From Negaprion brevirostris (taxonomy: Eukaryota): a stretch of DNA of 64,000 bases. Made by a program: the position numbers and the translations under genes. Under the pieces are notes generated by a model that saw only the letters and a program-made list of their open reading frames with translations, was not told the DNA's origin and searched no databases. Positions 60,038 to 64,000 of the stretch are shown one piece after another (within the stretch, counting starts at the first letter, position 1; the number at the start of each line of letters is the position of its first letter). The stretch is from assembly GCA_030324005.1 (NCBI GenBank), contig JARDVH010000115.1, forward strand, positions 2,993,973-3,057,972, read 5' to 3'.

Positions 60038-60640
60038 TGGAAACAGGCCCTTCGGCCCAACTTGTCTATGCCGTCCTTTTTTAAACCCTAAGAGTCCCGT
60101 TTGGCCCATGTCCCTCCATACCCATCTTTCCCATATGACTGTCTGAATGCTTTTTAAAAGACAAAATTGTACCTGTCATTATTACTACCTCTGGCAGCTT
60201 GTTCCAGACACTCGCCGCCACCTGTGAAAAAAAAAGCCCTCTGGACGCTTTTATATCTCTCACATTAAACCTATGCCATAAGAAGATAAGAAATAGGAGC
60301 AGGAGTAGGCCATCTAGCCCTTCAAGTCTGCCCCNNNNNNNNNNNNNNNNNNNNNNNNNNNNNNNNNNNNNNNNNNNNNNNNNNNNNNNNNNNNNNNNNN
60401 NNNNNNNNNNNNNNNNNNNNNNNNNNNNNNNNNNTACCTTTGGGAAAAGATATTGACTATCTAGCTGATCTGTGCCCCTCATTATTTTATAGACCTCTAT
60501 AAGATCACCCCCTCAGCCTCCTACGCACCAGAGAAAAAGGTCCCAGTCTATCCAGCCTCTCCTCATAACTCAAACCATCAAGTCCTGGTAGCACCCTAGT
60601 AAATCTTTTTGGCACTCTTTCTAGTTTAATAATATCCTAT
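60038..60640 (-). mobile_element. CR1/HER1 LINE 3' region with a nested second CR1 3' end (about 60276-gap)
   Basis: GGAAACAGGCCCTTCGGCCCAACTTGTC and the minus ORF ...WNKLPEVV...SFKKHSD. CATAAGAAGATAAGAAATAGGAGCAGGAGTAGGCC interrupts at about 60276. Confidence 0.85.
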
Positions 60641-61114
60641 CTCTTTCTCTTTGATATCTGATTTTGTCACACATAGGTGGAGGAATAAGCAGATGGTGGT
60701 TTGGGAGAAACTTGTGGTTTAGCTGAATTCCTTCCAGACCCTGCTGCCTATGTATCTTGAGGCAATGACCAGCTTTCGTCCCATGAGTCAGCCACTTGTG
60801 TTGTAACCCTGTCTGCAGATGTCACATTTAAGAGTCTGCCTTTTCACCTGGTTAACCTTTCACCACTGTGTCTTACATAGTCTGACACCAGTTACATTTT
60901 TAAACATTGATAAGTTTGAGTGAGTAAGATGGTAACATGACACAAGGCCCTATTGCTGTGTGGGGAGCCTTTTACTGTTGACTGGTAGGGTTTTTAATAA
61001 ACTTCAAACTCGATTTGATTCTGACCCAAGACAGATTATGCTGCTTTGATGAGTAAGTGATCCCAGAGCCAGATAAAAGGAAGGATTCTGGAATTTGGGA
61101 CATTGTTCCAGCAA

Positions 61115-61560
61115 GAAGAATTTGTCTTTTTGTAGCACCTTTCATGATGTCTCACAACATTTTTCAGTCTCTGAAGCACTTCTGAAACACAGTCACTGTT
61201 GTAATGTAGGAAACGTGGTGGATAATTAGTGCATCGTGAGCACCCACAAACAAAGAGGTGATGTCAGATAATCTGATACAGGAATGACAGCTTGCACTTA
61301 ATTTCATTGATGTATTATTGTACAGAATTTGACAAATTTAGGTGCTCATACGGGAAGAATATTAGCCAAGACACCAAGGAAGAAAGCTGCTGCACTTTGA
61401 ATAGTGCCATGAGATCTTGTGCACCCACATGCAAGGACAGATCCTAGTCCTAAAGCCAACAGATTTGACAGTGCAGCACTCTTAGTACTGCTTAGACTTG
61501 AACTTGACCCCACAACCTCCTGACTCAATGTGAGTGCTGCTACTCAGCCACGGCTGACAC
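61115..61560 (-). mobile_element. Deu-domain SINE
   Basis: TAGCACCTTTCATGA...AGTCACTGTTGTAATGTAGGAAAC...GAATAGTGCCATGAGATCTT...GACAGTGCAGCACTC. Confidence 0.72.
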
Positions 61561-63275
61561 CCTGGGTAAGCCAATTAAGCTAACACATTTTTGTTTTGTA
61601 AATTTGAGAAATGGGCTGGTGTGTCAAAAAGAGACCTCGATGGTGAACAACATTTTACTTTTGAGCAGCGGACACCAATAACATCCCAGAAATAATAAAC
61701 TGAAGAGTGAAAGGGAGAGAGACAGGAAAGGGTACAAAGAAAATCATTAAACCTAAAGGCTGACAAGTCCCAGATCCTGTCAGACTTCATTCCAGGGTTT
61801 AAAGAAGTGGCTGTTGAGAAAGATGCATTGGCAAAATTCTCTGCCCGTTGAAGTGGTGGAGGCTGCCTCGCTAAATATTTTTAAGACGCGGGTTGATAAG
61901 TTTTTGATAGGNNNNNNNNNNNNNNNNNNNNNNNNNNNNNNNNNNNNNNNNNNNNNNNNNNNNNNNNNNNNNNNNNNNNNNNNNNNNNNNNNNNNNNNNN
62001 NNNNNNNNNNNNNNNNNNNNNNNNNNNNNNNNNNNNNNNNNNNNNNNNNNNNNNNNNNNNNNNNNNNNNNNNNNNNNNNNNNNNNNNNNNNNNNNNNNNN
62101 NNNNNNNNNNNNNNNNNNNNNNNNNNNNNNNNNNNNNNNNNNNNNNNNNNNNNNNNNNNNNNNNNNNNNNNNNNNNNNNNNNNNNNNNGTTGAGTCCGTG
62201 AAAAGATCAGTCACGATCTTATTGAATGGCTGAGCATGCTCGAGGATCCAGGTGGCCTACTCCTGCTCCTAGTTCTTTGGCTGTTTTCCAAAAAGAACTA
62301 TGTCTGATCTGTATTCAATAAGGAGGGGGACAAAGCTGGAAACTGTAGGCTAATTAACCTAGCAATATTCATGTGGAAATGCTGGAATCTGTTAAGGAGG
62401 TTTTAGCAGAGCACCTAGATAATGCAGTCAGCAGAGTCAGCGTGGCTTTGTAAAAGGGAAATGGTTTTTGACTATTTTTTAAGTAATGTGGATAAAGGAG
62501 AACCTGTGAATGTAGTGTACTGGAATTTTGAAAAGCATTTGGTAATGTCAAATTAAAGGTTACTTCACAAAGCAAGAGCTCATGATGTAAGAGTAATATA
62601 TTAGCGTAAATAGAGGATTGGTTAACTAACAGAGTATGGGGATTAATGAATCATTTTCAGGTTGGTAAGTTGTAACCAGTGGAGTGCCGTAGGCATCAAT
62701 GCTGGGGCCTTGTATATTTTCAGTCTATACCAATGATTCAATTGAAAGGACCAAATGTATGGTTGCTAAATTTGTTGATGATACAAGGTAAGCAGGAGAG
62801 TAAATTGTGAAGCGAATGCAAAGAGTCTGCAAAATGTTGTGGATATGTTAAGTTCTGTACAAAAGTTTGGTGGATAGTGTATTAAGTGGAAAAATGTCAG
62901 GAAGAATAGAAAAACAGCACTTTTAAATGGAGAGACATTGAGAGCTGTGGTACAGAAGGATCTGGGTGTCATGTAAAATCTTTCCCTGATGGGAGAGATG
63001 AGAACTAAAGGGGGGGGGGTGGTTTAAACTAAAGTGTCTTCTGTTTAATAAGGAGATGAGTTTTTTCCTGACAGTTGTTTGCCTGTGGAATTCCTTTTCT
63101 CAGAGCAGTGGAGGCAGAGTCATGTATGGTTAATGTTGTTAGATTCTGAGGGAGACGAAGGGAATCGAGAGTATTCAGGAAAGTAGAGATTACAATCAGA
63201 TCAGCCATCATTTTATCAAGTGGTAGAGCAAGCTCAAGGGGCTGAATGGCCTACTCCAAATTTGTATGTTTATAT
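61560..63275 (+). mobile_element. Decayed CR1 LINE (RT to 3' end) with a nested younger CR1 3' fragment (about 61825-62280)
   Basis: KSPGPD-like remnant (about 61762), LEFxKAFG (about 62520), GCTAAATTTGTTGATGATACAAGG (KFVDDT), tail CAAGGGGCTGAATGGCCTACTCC. The nested piece reads WQNSLPVEVVEAASLNIFKTRVDKFL. Confidence 0.82.
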
Positions 63276-64000
63276 GACTGCAGGTGGCACGTTTGACAGT
63301 GCAATACTACCTCAGTACTGCACTGGGAGTGTCAAACTGTATTGGCTTTGGAAAAACATACCTTGCATGAAGTACTGTGAAGGCAGGTTATCAGGAATGA
63401 TGTAAATACTTCCTGTGCCTGTAATTTTCACCATTTTTCATTTATAAAACATGGAGTAACTTCTGAATAAATCTGTCTTTGTAATATTCGCAAAGTGTAA
63501 TTGTGATTTTCTTTAACCCCCTCTCTTTTAATGTGGATTTTAACACTTCTCAGAACATAATGTGTTCTTTCTGAATGGAAAGACAAATTGCACCATTATT
63601 GTAGTTTAAGTCATGGATCTAATTTTGACTGATTGTGGAATGCAGAGCTGAACTCCCAGGCTGGTGGTGCTCGGTTGCTGCATATCTGGCAGGTTCCTCT
63701 GTGCTTGAGTCTTGTGTACATCGTGGAATTTTAATGCTACAAGCTAGACAGGTGGACAGGTAACTCACACACCCCACATGTACTGACGCTCGGTGTAGAG
63801 TAAAAGAAGCTTGTGATATCTTGCATGGCAGCTTCATTGCTTTCTCAGGTGATTTTAGTGACATCTGTTGCAGCAACTTGAATTTATAAGGTGAGAAATC
63901 ATTAAAAATGTTGCTCCTGATTGCTACCCAGTGTGGTTATCTGATGAGGTCACCTTGTGATATCAGCCATGGTTTAAAACCCTCTGATGCAAGTGTCAAT

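Noticed and set aside
52953-64000. Jagged exon 4 (DSL domain)
   Set aside because: I found no C..YYG..C.KFCRPRDD-like coding stretch by eye or in the ORF track. It is probably downstream or in a gap.

Overview
This is vertebrate genomic DNA, almost certainly from an elasmobranch (shark or ray), judging by its HE1-type V-SINEs, Deu-domain SINEs and CR1-clade LINEs. It comes from a gapped draft assembly. The only protein-coding content I can support is the first three coding exons of a Jagged-family Notch ligand on the + strand: 1545-1613 (signal peptide), 1736-2035 (N-terminal C2/MNNL domain) and 52901-52952. Intron 1 is 122 nt and intron 2 is about 50.9 kb. I did not find the DSL exon, so it presumably lies beyond the window. 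The rest is intronic or upstream DNA full of decayed CR1 LINEs, three SINE families, tandem repeats and short Penelope-like elements. The most notable observations are: (i) inverted-repeat Penelope-like elements with 12-13 bp target-site duplications that carry minimal hammerhead-ribozyme motifs, one with an intact core on the Jagged sense strand; (ii) a U2 snRNA 5' fragment fused to non-U2 sequence; and (iii) a Jagged sequence that is hard to assign to JAG1 or JAG2. Repeat boundaries are estimated by eye, and family names come from recalled consensus sequences rather than database searches.
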